Shown here: positions 30,447-39,861 of the stretch, piece by piece
How the letters are laid out: each line of letters starts with the position of its first letter
Numbering within the stretch: the stretch's first letter is position 1
Source of the DNA: Candidatus Latescibacterota bacterium
Lineage (GTDB): Bacteria; Latescibacterota; UBA2968; UBA8231
Reading direction: 5' to 3'
Length of the DNA stretch: 64,000 bases
Assembly (NCBI GenBank): GCA_965203175.1
Contig: OZ241867.1
Location: forward strand, 1,088,001 to 1,152,000
The notes under the pieces: generated by a model
Told to the model about the DNA's origin: nothing
Seen by the model: the letters and a program-made list of their open reading frames with translations, nothing else
Database searches by the model: none
Made by a program: the position numbers and the translations under genes

Positions 30447-31676
30447 ATGAAAGTCCGACCTGACCTCGTCCCCGAGCCCGAGTGGGACAATCTCGAAATC
30501 ATTCAGCTCACGGAGGAGTCGATCCCCTCATCGCATGTCTATATGGAGGCGCAGATCTTCACGCCCGATTCACAGCGGCTGATCCTCCACCGCTCAGCGC
30601 ACCCTCACGGCTCAGATCCCAAGGACCCCAAGCACCAGTTTCTGGTTTGCAACCTAGAAGACAATTGCAGCCTGACGCCGATCACCACCGAGCTTGGTAC
30701 GACGGGGCCGTCTATCTCACCAGATGGCGACTACCTGTACTACTTCGTCAATGAAACAGAGCACGGAAGAGGTGGACGACTGACGCTGAAGCGGGTCGGG
30801 CTGGATGGGTCTGAACGCGAGATCATCTACGTTCTCGATCACGCGATTCCGGAGACCGATTTCAGGCTGAGCCGACCGTATCCGCTTTCGACGATTTCAT
30901 CCGATGGCGGGCGCATCTCCATCTCGGGATACCTCGGGGAAGGCAAAAGCGCAGGGGAGCCTTGGGGGCTGCTCGTCTTCGAGATCGAAGAGCCATCCGT
31001 GCGGTTGGTCTTGCACGGTCCCACCTGGTGCAACCTGCATCCGCAGTACACGCGTCAAGCAGACCCCGTGGCTTCCCACGCCATCATGATCCAGGAAAAT
31101 CACGGGAATATCATTACAGCCGATGGCAAGGTGGAAAAGCTCACCAGCGGACTAGGCGCGGACATCCACCTGATTCGGGACGATGGAACAAATCTGCGCG
31201 ACTTCCCCTGGGGCAGGGATGGCAACGAGTTCTGTCAGGGGCATCAGTGCTGGCAGGGGAAAAGCGACATTGCCATCACCAGCACCTCGGCGCGCAAACA
31301 GGACGAAAGACAGCTCATATCGGGCAGATCGGCAGCGCACGTCGGCGATGAAGGCATCAACACGCCGGACGGCTGGCGCAACGACCTGTCCCGCTCCTTT
31401 GCCGGGCCCGATTTCTGGCATTTCGCAACGGACATAGACGGGACCCGTTTGATAACAGATGCAGGCCCAAAAGACGGGGGCGGCGCGGTCTGGTTGTTCG
31501 ACCTTCCCGAGGAAGAGGAAGGCGCGCTCGCGAATGCGCGGAAGATCGCAAACCCCGGATCGTCCTGGCAGAAGGACACCCACATCCATCCTTTCCTCTC
31601 GCCGGATGGAGAATCGGGTTTCTTCAATTCCGATGAAAGTGGCCTGTTGCAGGCCTATATGGTACGCGGCTGGTAA
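30447..31676 (+). CDS. Beta-propeller protein, oligogalacturonate lyase-like
   Basis: HVYME..FTPDS, H.HPFLSPDG...FNSD. Confidence 0.6.
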   Translation: MKVRPDLVPEPEWDNLEIIQLTEESIPSSHVYMEAQIFTPDSQRLILHRSAHPHGSDPKDPKHQFLVCNLEDNCSLTPITTELGTTGPSISPDGDYLYYFVNETEHGRGGRLTLKRVGLDGSEREIIYVLDHAIPETDFRLSRPYPLSTISSDGGRISISGYLGEGKSAGEPWGLLVFEIEEPSVRLVLHGPTWCNLHPQYTRQADPVASHAIMIQENHGNIITADGKVEKLTSGLGADIHLIRDDGTNLRDFPWGRDGNEFCQGHQCWQGKSDIAITSTSARKQDERQLISGRSAAHVGDEGINTPDGWRNDLSRSFAGPDFWHFATDIDGTRLITDAGPKDGGGAVWLFDLPEEEEGALANARKIANPGSSWQKDTHIHPFLSPDGESGFFNSDESGLLQAYMVRGW

Positions 31677-31689
31677 GTGACTTAAAGCG

Positions 31690-32742
31690 ATGACCATGAG
31701 CCAGCCCAAGCGCATCGCCCACGCCAACCTAGAACAATTCTTCCTCGACGCCCTCGCAGCCGCAGGCGTACCGCTGCACGTAGCCGCAGTCGAAGCCCAA
31801 ATCGGTGCTGAAGTGGACCTGTACGGCGGCCACACCCACGGCGTCGCCCTGTTGCCCGCAGCGATCGATTACATCCGCCAAGGGATTTTGGCACCCGACC
31901 CCCACTTTGAAACCATCGTCGAGTACCCAGCCTCCCGGCTGATCGATGCCGACGGCGGCATTGGCCGCTTCTCTTCGGCGCAGGGCATAGATTGGGCACT
32001 CGAACGGGCACAGCAATACGGCGTGGGAGCCTGCGTCGTCCGCAACGTCGGGCACTGGGGACGCGGGCACAGCTACGCTTTGCGGGCCGCTCGCGCCGGC
32101 TTGATCGGCCTGGCCTTCACCAACGCGTTCGCCAACTTTCCCGCCTGGGGCACGCGCGTCCCTTCCCTCGGCAACAATCCCCTCGCCATTGGCATTCCCA
32201 CCGCCGACGGCGAGCCCGTGGTCCTCGACTTGGCCATGACCCAATCCTCCATAAGCCGCGTGCGTCAGGCCGAGGCTGCTGGACGCAGCGTCCCCGAAGG
32301 TTGGGGCTTGGACGAGCGCGGAAAGCCCACTACGGATCCAAGTGTTCTGCTGCAATCGTGGCGCTTTTTGCCCATGGGTCAGCACAAAGGCTCGGGACTT
32401 GCTTTTATGGTCGATCTACTCACGGCAGGACTGGCCGGCGGCCTCCTCGCTTTTGAGCAGGGCACTGAGGGGCGGCCAACGGATTCGGCCGGCGGCTCCA
32501 CCAAGTGCTTTATCGCCCTCAAGCCCTTTGGCGACTGGCTGCACAGCCGCAGCGCCGATCTGAAGGCCCATATAAAATCGGTAGAAGCAGCACCCGAGCA
32601 GGGTCCAGTGCAGTGGCCGGGCGAAGGCAGTTATCAGCGGCGCGCCGACTACCTAAAACACGGCATCGCCCTCGAAACCACCTTGGCCAACCAAGTGGAC
32701 GAATTGGCCCGCGACTTGGCAGTGCCAATTCGCTGGGCTTGA
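31690..32742 (+). CDS. Ldh_2 family oxidoreductase
   Basis: DLYGGHTHG, GNNPLA, LDLA, HKGSGL. Confidence 0.88.
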   Translation: MTMSQPKRIAHANLEQFFLDALAAAGVPLHVAAVEAQIGAEVDLYGGHTHGVALLPAAIDYIRQGILAPDPHFETIVEYPASRLIDADGGIGRFSSAQGIDWALERAQQYGVGACVVRNVGHWGRGHSYALRAARAGLIGLAFTNAFANFPAWGTRVPSLGNNPLAIGIPTADGEPVVLDLAMTQSSISRVRQAEAAGRSVPEGWGLDERGKPTTDPSVLLQSWRFLPMGQHKGSGLAFMVDLLTAGLAGGLLAFEQGTEGRPTDSAGGSTKCFIALKPFGDWLHSRSADLKAHIKSVEAAPEQGPVQWPGEGSYQRRADYLKHGIALETTLANQVDELARDLAVPIRWA

Positions 32743-32911
32743 TGGACCGTACCTAAGGTCAGGAGTACATATCCTCCCGCTCTTGGCCGAGGATTCTGGT
32801 CTTGGGTGCCTTAATGGACATTTCTAGGTCGAGGATTTACCTTCTAGGCTATCAACTCCCCCACCCCATTAAAGGTAGGCAAAAATGTCCCAGCCCCTAA
32901 GGAGGCCCCCC

Positions 32912-33796
32912 ATGATCCAGCTCCCTAAGTCCGTCCTCGCCATCATCGCCGCCGTCTTCGTCTTATTTCTCATCAGCCCGCGCTTCTACCAAAGCATCCC
33001 GGCCGGCCATGTCGCCGTCGCCACTCTCTTTGGCGAAGTCCAGTCCAAGCACTTCCCCGAGGGCTTTCACATCGTCAACCCGCTCTACCAATGGCACTTA
33101 TACGACGTGCGCCAGAAGACCCACTCCGAAACCTCCAACGTCCCCAGCCAAGACCAGCTACAGACCAAGATTGACGTCAGTGTCCAGTACCGCCTCGTCG
33201 CCAGCCAAACGCCGAGCATCCTAAAAGAGACCGGCAGTATTAGCGACGTGCTCGCCGTGCACATCATCCCCAAGCTGCGCTCGCAGATCCGCGAGCAGGG
33301 CAAGACCATCAAACGCGCCGAAGACTTCTTCTTGGAAGAGACTCAGACGACGTTGCAGGTCGCCCTACTCGAAGGCCTGAAAGATTATCTGGGCACCAAG
33401 GGGGTCGCCATCGAGGCCGTATTGATCCGCGACATCTCGCTACCGCCCTTTATCACCAAGGCCATTGAGGCCAAAAAAGAGCGCGAGCAGGAAGTTGAAA
33501 AGCAAAAGGCCGAGCTAGAGCGCTTCACCACCGAGCAGGAACAGAAAGTCGCCGCCGCCGAGGCCGAAAAGAACGCCGCCGCCGCCCAGGCTGAAAAGCG
33601 CCGCCTGCTCGCCGACGCCCAAGCCTACGAAATCACCAAGATCAACGACGCCATCGGCCGCAACCCCAACTACGTCAAACTCCAGGCACTCAAGTCCCTC
33701 GAAGCCATCTCTAAGGATCCTGCCGCCAAGGTCTATTTCATCAACAGCGACAGCCCTTCACCGCTGCCGCTGATGCACCTAGGCGAAACCAAGTAG
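32912..33796 (+). CDS. SPFH/prohibitin family membrane protein
   Basis: N-terminal TM, Band-7 domain, Ala/Glu-rich coiled coil; GGAGG SD. Confidence 0.88.
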   Translation: MIQLPKSVLAIIAAVFVLFLISPRFYQSIPAGHVAVATLFGEVQSKHFPEGFHIVNPLYQWHLYDVRQKTHSETSNVPSQDQLQTKIDVSVQYRLVASQTPSILKETGSISDVLAVHIIPKLRSQIREQGKTIKRAEDFFLEETQTTLQVALLEGLKDYLGTKGVAIEAVLIRDISLPPFITKAIEAKKEREQEVEKQKAELERFTTEQEQKVAAAEAEKNAAAAQAEKRRLLADAQAYEITKINDAIGRNPNYVKLQALKSLEAISKDPAAKVYFINSDSPSPLPLMHLGETK

Positions 33797-34885
33797 ATGC
33801 CTGCCAAATATCTCGTTGGCGTCATTGCCTCCGGCCGCATTGCTCGCGAGCACGGCCGCGGCTGGGCCGAGTGCGAACACACTGAAATCGCTGCCATTGC
33901 CGACGCGCATCCCGAAGCCTTGGCCAGCTACGCCGCGGATTTCAACGTCGAAAAACAGTATCTCGACTACCGCGAGATGCTCGACGTGGAAAACCTCGAC
34001 ATCGTCAGCGTTTGCTCTTGGGATCCCCAGCACGCGGAAATGTCCATCGCCGCCTGCGCCCGTCGGCCCAAAGCCGTGCTCTGCGAAAAGCCCATGGCCG
34101 TCTCCTTGGGCGAGGCCGAGGCCATGGTCATCGCCGCCGAGCGCAACAACGTCAAGCTAGCCATCGGCCACCAGCGCCGCTTTTACTCTTGTTGGCGCGA
34201 GGCGCGGCGGATGATCGCCGATGGGGCCATTGGCAAGCCGCAGCGGCTGTGGTCCGCGGTTAAGGCCGGGATGATGAACACCGGCACCCACTGCATCGAC
34301 TTCCAGCTCTACGCCCTCGGCGACCCACAAGCCGAATGGGTCATGGGCTCGGTCGAACGCCACACCGACCACTTCGTCTTCGGCCACCGGGTCGAAGACC
34401 GCTGCGTGGGGATCATCGGCTATCCCGACGGGGTCGAAGGCGTGATCGAAAACGAGATGAACGATATTTATCAGGTGGGGGCTACCATCTACGGCGAAGA
34501 CGGCACGATGGTCGTCAGCGACAACAGCCTGCGCTATATGACGGCCACCTCCGGCGGCTGGCAGGAGTTCGAACCCACCGACAAGTCCAGCGGCTACGGC
34601 AACGCCTTCGTGGATCAGGCCTACGGAATCTGCCGCTGGATCGAGGGCGATTTTGAGGACTACTACGGCAAGGCCGAGCACGGCAAAGCCGCCACTGAGA
34701 TTATGATGGGCGTCTATGAATCGGCAAGGCTGCACGAGCGCGTGGCCCTGCCGCTGCAAACCCGCGACAACCCGCTCGACGTCGCCGTCGAAGAGGGGCG
34801 TATGCCCGTCACTCGGCCCGGCCATTGGGACGAGCGCTCCTTTTTGGTGCGCGGCGAGGGCATGAGCTGGATCAGGGACAAATAG
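33797..34885 (+). CDS. Gfo/Idh/MocA family oxidoreductase
   Basis: CEKPMA, HQRRF, GTHCID. Confidence 0.9.
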   Translation: MPAKYLVGVIASGRIAREHGRGWAECEHTEIAAIADAHPEALASYAADFNVEKQYLDYREMLDVENLDIVSVCSWDPQHAEMSIAACARRPKAVLCEKPMAVSLGEAEAMVIAAERNNVKLAIGHQRRFYSCWREARRMIADGAIGKPQRLWSAVKAGMMNTGTHCIDFQLYALGDPQAEWVMGSVERHTDHFVFGHRVEDRCVGIIGYPDGVEGVIENEMNDIYQVGATIYGEDGTMVVSDNSLRYMTATSGGWQEFEPTDKSSGYGNAFVDQAYGICRWIEGDFEDYYGKAEHGKAATEIMMGVYESARLHERVALPLQTRDNPLDVAVEEGRMPVTRPGHWDERSFLVRGEGMSWIRDK

Positions 34886-34948
34886 GCGGCCCCCATGCGG
34901 CCCCAATGCGGCCCCCATGCGGAGGCCGGACTACTCTGAGGCCGGACT
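34886..34948. repeat. Intergenic short tandem repeats
   Basis: GCGGCCCC(C/A)AT x3 followed by GAGGCCGGACT x2. Confidence 0.75.
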
Positions 34949-34968
34949 GCACGGAGGACGGAAAGCTC

Positions 34969-35751
34969 ATGCAAATCGGTCTCTTAGTTACCAATCGCCA
35001 ACAGCTTGAAGAGTCCGCCGACTGGGACTTCGACTATCTCGAAGGCTCACCCGGTCTCCTCGGCAGCGATGCAGACGACCCACGAGCGGTCGAGCGCGAG
35101 TTCTTAGCGCTTTTGGAAAAGCACCCGCTCCAGATGAAGACAATGTGCGGTTTTATTGGCGACCCGCAGGGGCGCGGGCTAATGGTCGTCGGCCCCGACG
35201 TGAGCCTGGACCGGCTGCGTACTTTTGTCACGCGAGTCTTCGACCTCATGCAACGGGCCAGAGTCGAGGTCATCGGCTACGGCAGCGGCAGCTCGCGCTG
35301 GGTGCCCGACGGCTTCGACCGCGACAAAGCTCGCCAACAGGTCGCCGATTTCTTGCACCTGTGCGCCGACCTCGGCGAGCCTCGTGGCGTCAAGGTCGCG
35401 CTCGAGCCTTATAACCGCGACGACGCCAACCTGCTCAACACCGTCTCCGAAGCGACCGAATTCATAGAGGGCGTCAACCGCTCGCACGCCAAGCTAATGG
35501 CCGACTTCTTCCACATGAAGCTCAACGGCGAGTCTTTCGACGCGCTCAAAGAAGCCGGGCCACACCTGATCCACGCTCACATTGCCGAACCGGGGCGCGG
35601 CCGACCGCAAACCACGCCAGCCGACCACGCACTTTTTCTACACACCTTGCGCGCATCCGGCTACGATGGGCGCGTAACGCTGAGCGGTGCGCTGCCGGTC
35701 TATGCCGACGATGGCGAAACCGCCATCGCCCTCAAGAAAGCCAGCGCGTGA
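34969..35751 (+). CDS. Sugar phosphate isomerase/epimerase (TIM barrel)
   Basis: ALEPYN, ADFFHM, HAHIAE. Confidence 0.85.
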   Translation: MQIGLLVTNRQQLEESADWDFDYLEGSPGLLGSDADDPRAVEREFLALLEKHPLQMKTMCGFIGDPQGRGLMVVGPDVSLDRLRTFVTRVFDLMQRARVEVIGYGSGSSRWVPDGFDRDKARQQVADFLHLCADLGEPRGVKVALEPYNRDDANLLNTVSEATEFIEGVNRSHAKLMADFFHMKLNGESFDALKEAGPHLIHAHIAEPGRGRPQTTPADHALFLHTLRASGYDGRVTLSGALPVYADDGETAIALKKASA

Positions 35752-36413
35752 AGGTCCCCTCCTTCGCCTACAGCCGCATGGTGGACCTTTCGCGGACTAT
35801 CACGCCGTCGGAAGGTCGCCTCATCCACTACCGCACAGCGCGCGTACCCGTCGATGATCCACCGACCGACCGCTGGTATATCACCACTAGCATTGAAATG
35901 GGCGGTCATGTCGGCACCCATGTCGAAGGGCCTTTACACGCCGTCCAAGACGGCCCGGCCATTGCCGACCTCGATGTCGAGCGCTTTTTTGGCGAGGCCA
36001 TCCTCTTCGACTTTAGCGATGCTCCGTTGGGCGAGCCGCTTTCTCCGGAGCAATTCCAACGGGCCGCCGAACCGGGTGGCGGCGTCCGCCCGGGAGACAT
36101 CGCCCTCTTTCGCTTTGATTGGGATCAACGGGCTACCGCTGGTTCCTATCCGCCTTATCCTTCGACCGAAGCCTTGCGCTGGCTCGTCGAGGCCGGCGTC
36201 AAACTGCTCGGCATCGACACCCCCGGCTTAGACATTCCAGGCGACCGCAGCCTGCCCAACCACCACCTGCTCTTCGCACACGGCATTCCCCTAATCGAGA
36301 GCTTGGACCGCTTGGGCGAACTGCGACAACCGCGCGTTTACCTTTTCGCCCAGCCGCTACCAGCGGCTGAAACCGACGCCATTCCGCTGCGCGTACTCGC
36401 TTTTGAAGGGTAG
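35748..36413 (+). CDS. Cyclase family protein (kynurenine formamidase-like)
   Basis: HVGTHVEGPLH, GIDTP, LIESL. Confidence 0.88.
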   Translation: MKVPSFAYSRMVDLSRTITPSEGRLIHYRTARVPVDDPPTDRWYITTSIEMGGHVGTHVEGPLHAVQDGPAIADLDVERFFGEAILFDFSDAPLGEPLSPEQFQRAAEPGGGVRPGDIALFRFDWDQRATAGSYPPYPSTEALRWLVEAGVKLLGIDTPGLDIPGDRSLPNHHLLFAHGIPLIESLDRLGELRQPRVYLFAQPLPAAETDAIPLRVLAFEG

Positions 36414-36447
36414 CTGCGGTCCGCGCTGGAGATTCCCGCCGTTGGCC

Positions 36448-37302
36448 ATGCAAACCCTCACCTCTGCCGAAGCCGATCACTTCCTCACCAAGGGCTATGT
36501 CACCATCCCCGGCTGCTTCACCCGCGACTTTGCCCAGCCTCTCATTGACCATGCCTATACGCGTCTCGGCTACGACCCCGACTACCCCGCCACTTGGACC
36601 GAACCGATCCGCTACTTAGATCACGCTCACAGATTCAAAGTAAAGGACCTGTGTCCTCGAGCTTGGGGCGCGATTTGCGATGTGATGGGCGGCGAGGACC
36701 GCATTGATCCCGCCATTCAGCGACTAGAAACCAAGCATTTCTCTTCGGTCGAATCTTTCCACTGGTCCGACGCTTTCATCATCAACTTCCGCTATGGCGC
36801 CGATGCCCCTTGGCGTCCCCCCGCACCCGACACCGCCCTCTGGCACAAGGACGGCAGCTTCTTCCGCCACTTCTTAGACAGTCCCGAACAGGCTCTGTTG
36901 GTCGTCCTCCAATGGACCGATACCCCGCCCAAGTCCGGCGGCACCTTCGTCGCCTGCGATTCCTTTAGACACGTCGCCCGCTATCTCGCCGACCATCCCG
37001 AGGGCGTCGATCCAGGAGCCTGTAACTTTCTCATCGACCAGTGCCAAGACTTCATTGAGCTTATCGGCCAGACCGGCGATCTGACCCTTCTCCACCCCTT
37101 TACTCTCCACGCTTCCTCCCCCAATCACTCAGGTCGCCCCCGCTTCATGACCAATCCTCCCGTCGCCCTAAAAGAACCCCTAAATTTCAACCGCGAGGAT
37201 CCCGCCGACTTTTCTCTCGTCGAGCGCGGCGTTCTTCAGGCGCTCGGCGTCGATCGCTATGATTTCCAACCCACGGCCCCGAGAGAGTGGTATGGTCTTT
37301 AG
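36448..37302 (+). CDS. PhyH family Fe/2OG oxygenase
   Basis: WHKDG, GGTFVACDS, LHASS. Confidence 0.8.
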   Translation: MQTLTSAEADHFLTKGYVTIPGCFTRDFAQPLIDHAYTRLGYDPDYPATWTEPIRYLDHAHRFKVKDLCPRAWGAICDVMGGEDRIDPAIQRLETKHFSSVESFHWSDAFIINFRYGADAPWRPPAPDTALWHKDGSFFRHFLDSPEQALLVVLQWTDTPPKSGGTFVACDSFRHVARYLADHPEGVDPGACNFLIDQCQDFIELIGQTGDLTLLHPFTLHASSPNHSGRPRFMTNPPVALKEPLNFNREDPADFSLVERGVLQALGVDRYDFQPTAPREWYGL

Positions 37303-37337
37303 CGCCATCTTTTCCCGCATCGCCGTGTCATCGTCCA

Positions 37338-38206
37338 CTATGATTCCCAGGGAACGGGGACATTGATCTCCGTGGCAATGCGCTGCAACACGTCGAGGTG
37401 GTCTTCGGTCAGCGGAATACCACTATGCTCGCGTGTTTGCTCGCGTTGCCACTCCAAGCTGCCTGGGACTTCGGCGCTTGCCAGTCCCGGCATGGGGTTT
37501 AGCGACCGGCTCTCGCGCAAAATGCGAGCAAGCTCTGCCTTATACGCCTCCAAGTCGCCCAACCTCGCCACATCAATCGCCACCAGCGTAAATGCCCGCG
37601 TGGCACTTGCAAATTTTGGTCTGCTCGATTCAGGCGTCGCCGTGCCCGCTAAAATGCCCGCCAAGAACCACGACGTAAATCGCATCCCCAAACTCTTGAA
37701 AACAAAGTCTGGAAATGTCTGCAGTGCTTCGGCGAGTTTGCTGCGGTCTTTCAACATGTTCGCATTCATATCCAACACAAACGGCGGCCCTTCTGCCGTT
37801 GGAACGCCAAAACACATCGGAGGGGCACCCATCGCATCCCACACTGTTGCATCGGGGTGCGTCGGTTTTTCCCAAGCAACACCTCCCGCCACGGAAAAGG
37901 TCGCCAAGTCGCGCACCAGTGCCAGCCGCGCATAAATCCCCACGCTGCCCACGTGCCCGTGATTGCGCGTACACACAACGGCAATGCCGTTTGCTTTCGC
38001 CTTTTCAATGACGTCCTCTGTCGCCTGCGTTGCCACCAAGTAACCCGCACCGCCGTCGCCGTCAAAAATCGCCATTGAGGGGGCATCCATGATTTGAGCG
38101 ATTTCAGGTCGGGGATTAATACGCCCTTCGCGAAACTCAGCCACATACCGCTGCAACTGGCGCGTGCCGTGCGAGACCACCCCGCGCAAATCCACATCCA
38201 CCAGAT
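37338..38206 (-). pseudogene. Ldh_2 family oxidoreductase, 3' part, interrupted by IS1595-family element
   Basis: Begins at LVDVDLRGVVSHG, lacking the first ~40 aa; missing part found at 43617-43745. Confidence 0.9.
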
Positions 38207-38281
38207 GGGAATAATATACTATTTTGCCCCAATTCTCGCGTAACCCTCTTATTTTTCAACTAAATCCTTAGTTTTCACTCC

Positions 38282-38310
38282 TTGCCTTGCCCGTCGTTGT
38301 TTCTTACCTT
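38282..38310 (+). promoter_or_regulatory. Candidate sigma70 promoter inside left end
   Basis: TTGCCT-17-TACCTT. Confidence 0.45.
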
Positions 38311-38331
38311 TACTCTTGTCTGACTTCCTTT

Positions 38332-38560
38332 GCAGAGACCCCGCGTTGCTACTTGGCAATGTCGGGTCATCTGCTGAATACAACAGCCGAGACCCGGCAA
38401 GGGGTAGCGCCCCGCGCTGCGGCGAATAGGCAGAGCTTCTTCTGTTCTCTGCAGAGGACGTTGGACTGGCCCGGCCTTCCCATCGAAGGCCCTCGCCTGC
38501 TTCCGTCCAAGGGGTAGGCGACCACACGCTGGCTATTCATAACTCCCGTCCAAGGAGTGT
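38332..38560 (+). ncRNA. Candidate structured 5' leader or ncRNA
   Basis: GC-rich island with at least six hairpins in an AT-rich element; SD sequestered in the last hairpin. Confidence 0.45.
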
Positions 38561-38565
38561 CCATC

Positions 38566-39189
38566 ATGGTTCGCCATCTCGCCATCGTTATCGTATTCTG
38601 CGCTCATTCTATTATAGGCTGTGCAATAACCACAGACCCTAATAAGCCTAATACGTTCAAAAACGGGGAATCGTGGCACTTTATACAAAACGACAAGGCA
38701 CTTAGTCTTATATCTGCTCCAGCAGCATATTTAGGATCATTGTCGTATATAAACATTATATGTCATTATGGGGTATCCAGTATCTCTAATGACTGTATCA
38801 CGATGCTCAATTTTGTTACTTATCCCCAAAATTATGGAACCTTCCCTACGCTTGAACCTATTGAGGTAGTAGTGATGTTTACCAAGAATAAGACTAATGA
38901 TAGGCGACTATTTACTTTTTATTCGTTCAGGAAAGGCTTGATGTTATCGCCAGAACACGTAGATGAATTTATCGATTCAATATCGTCGTCCGATAAAGTG
39001 GCTTTTGGTTTAAGGTGGAAAAAAATACAAGCCACCCGCGACACGCATCACAGTGCCGCTTTTCAATTTAATCTCCAGAAAACAGAAATCGCAATCAAAC
39101 GATTTAAGAGTTTGGTTTTGACCAAGACTAAAAAGGGGAAAACTAAGATCAAACGAAAAGCTGCCGATATTGTAAGGGATTATTTGTAG
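38566..39189 (+). CDS. Hypothetical lipoprotein (cargo)
   Basis: GGAG SD, hydrophobic N-terminus ending in IIGC lipobox-like motif. Confidence 0.6.
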   Translation: MVRHLAIVIVFCAHSIIGCAITTDPNKPNTFKNGESWHFIQNDKALSLISAPAAYLGSLSYINIICHYGVSSISNDCITMLNFVTYPQNYGTFPTLEPIEVVVMFTKNKTNDRRLFTFYSFRKGLMLSPEHVDEFIDSISSSDKVAFGLRWKKIQATRDTHHSAAFQFNLQKTEIAIKRFKSLVLTKTKKGKTKIKRKAADIVRDYL

Positions 39190-39253
39190 GCGGCACGGAG
39201 ATAAAGGCTCCGTGCCGCCAAGCCATCACCCATAACCATAGGAGGAACAGACG

Positions 39254-39532
39254 ATGGCCGAAAATGAGCGTATAGAAAAACTTGAAGCCAATATAGGAAG
39301 CCTTATGGGACACATTGCCATACTGCGTCTTATAAACTTTCAGCTAGTGGAGCATGTTAAAGCAGACTGCGAGGCCGAGTTTTCCCTAATGCTTTCTACT
39401 TTACAAAAAGCGCAGAAATACCACGCAGAAAACGCCGAACAATACCAGACTCCTTATTACAACGAACTCGCTGACGCGTTCTCTGATACACTGGATCATC
39501 TCCAAGGAACTCGTCTGCCGTCACTGGATTGA
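39254..39532 (+). CDS. Hypothetical helical protein, 92 aa (cargo)
   Basis: AGGAGG SD; no recognised family. Confidence 0.6.
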   Translation: MAENERIEKLEANIGSLMGHIAILRLINFQLVEHVKADCEAEFSLMLSTLQKAQKYHAENAEQYQTPYYNELADAFSDTLDHLQGTRLPSLD

Positions 39533-39608
39533 ACGGAACAAACTCCGAATTAGGCACTCGCCTCCGATACTCGCGCAGAATATGGACACTATCTTTTTTT
39601 GACAACAT
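39396..39608 (-). CDS. Putative small protein, 70 aa, convergently overlapping 39254-39532
   Basis: AAGGAG SD 7 nt before ATG (MLSKKDSVH...). Confidence 0.35.
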   Translation of the reverse strand: MLSKKDSVHILREYRRRVPNSEFVPFNPVTADEFLGDDPVYQRTRQRVRCNKESGIVRRFLRGISALFVK

Positions 39609-39617
39609 AATGCATCT

Positions 39618-39699
39618 CCTTGTGTGGAGTATGAGTGAAACTGCTCTCATAAATACCAAAGCCCCACGTCATAATAACATGACGTGGGGCTTTATTTTT
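39618..39699 (+). ncRNA. Candidate cis-antisense sRNA
   Basis: TGGACA(39583)-17-CATAAT(39606) promoter; ends in GCCCCACGTCAT/ATGACGTGGGGC hairpin plus T-tract. Confidence 0.45.
39658..39699. terminator. Intrinsic terminator, possibly bidirectional
   Basis: AAAGCCCCACGTCAT-AATAAC-ATGACGTGGGGCTTT-ATTTTT. Confidence 0.8.
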
Positions 39700-39720
39700 A
39701 TATATTTTAATATAGGATGA

Positions 39721-39861
39721 CTATTTCTTGTCGTCTTTCTGATCTTTCTTGTCTTGCTTGGGTTTATTACGGAGATCGGACACAGGAGTATCGGCACACC
39801 TCTTGAGTAATTCTTCAGGGGTCAGATTAATCTTTACTCTGGGCGATTTATTCTTTGCCAT
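39721..39861 (-). CDS. 46-aa basic peptide overlapping the transposase stop
   Basis: MAKNKSPRVKINLTPEELLKRCADTPVSDLRNKPKQDKKDQKDDKK; below the ORF-track size cutoff. Confidence 0.55.
   Translation of the reverse strand: MAKNKSPRVKINLTPEELLKRCADTPVSDLRNKPKQDKKDQKDDKK

Noticed and set aside
37338-38201. 287-aa ORF as an intact Ldh_2 gene with GTG start
   Set aside because: The GTG lies in the target duplication; the true N-terminus is at 43617-43745
38249-38585. Short ORFs at the element's left end
   Set aside because: No family motifs or clear SD; the region is better explained as a structured non-coding leader
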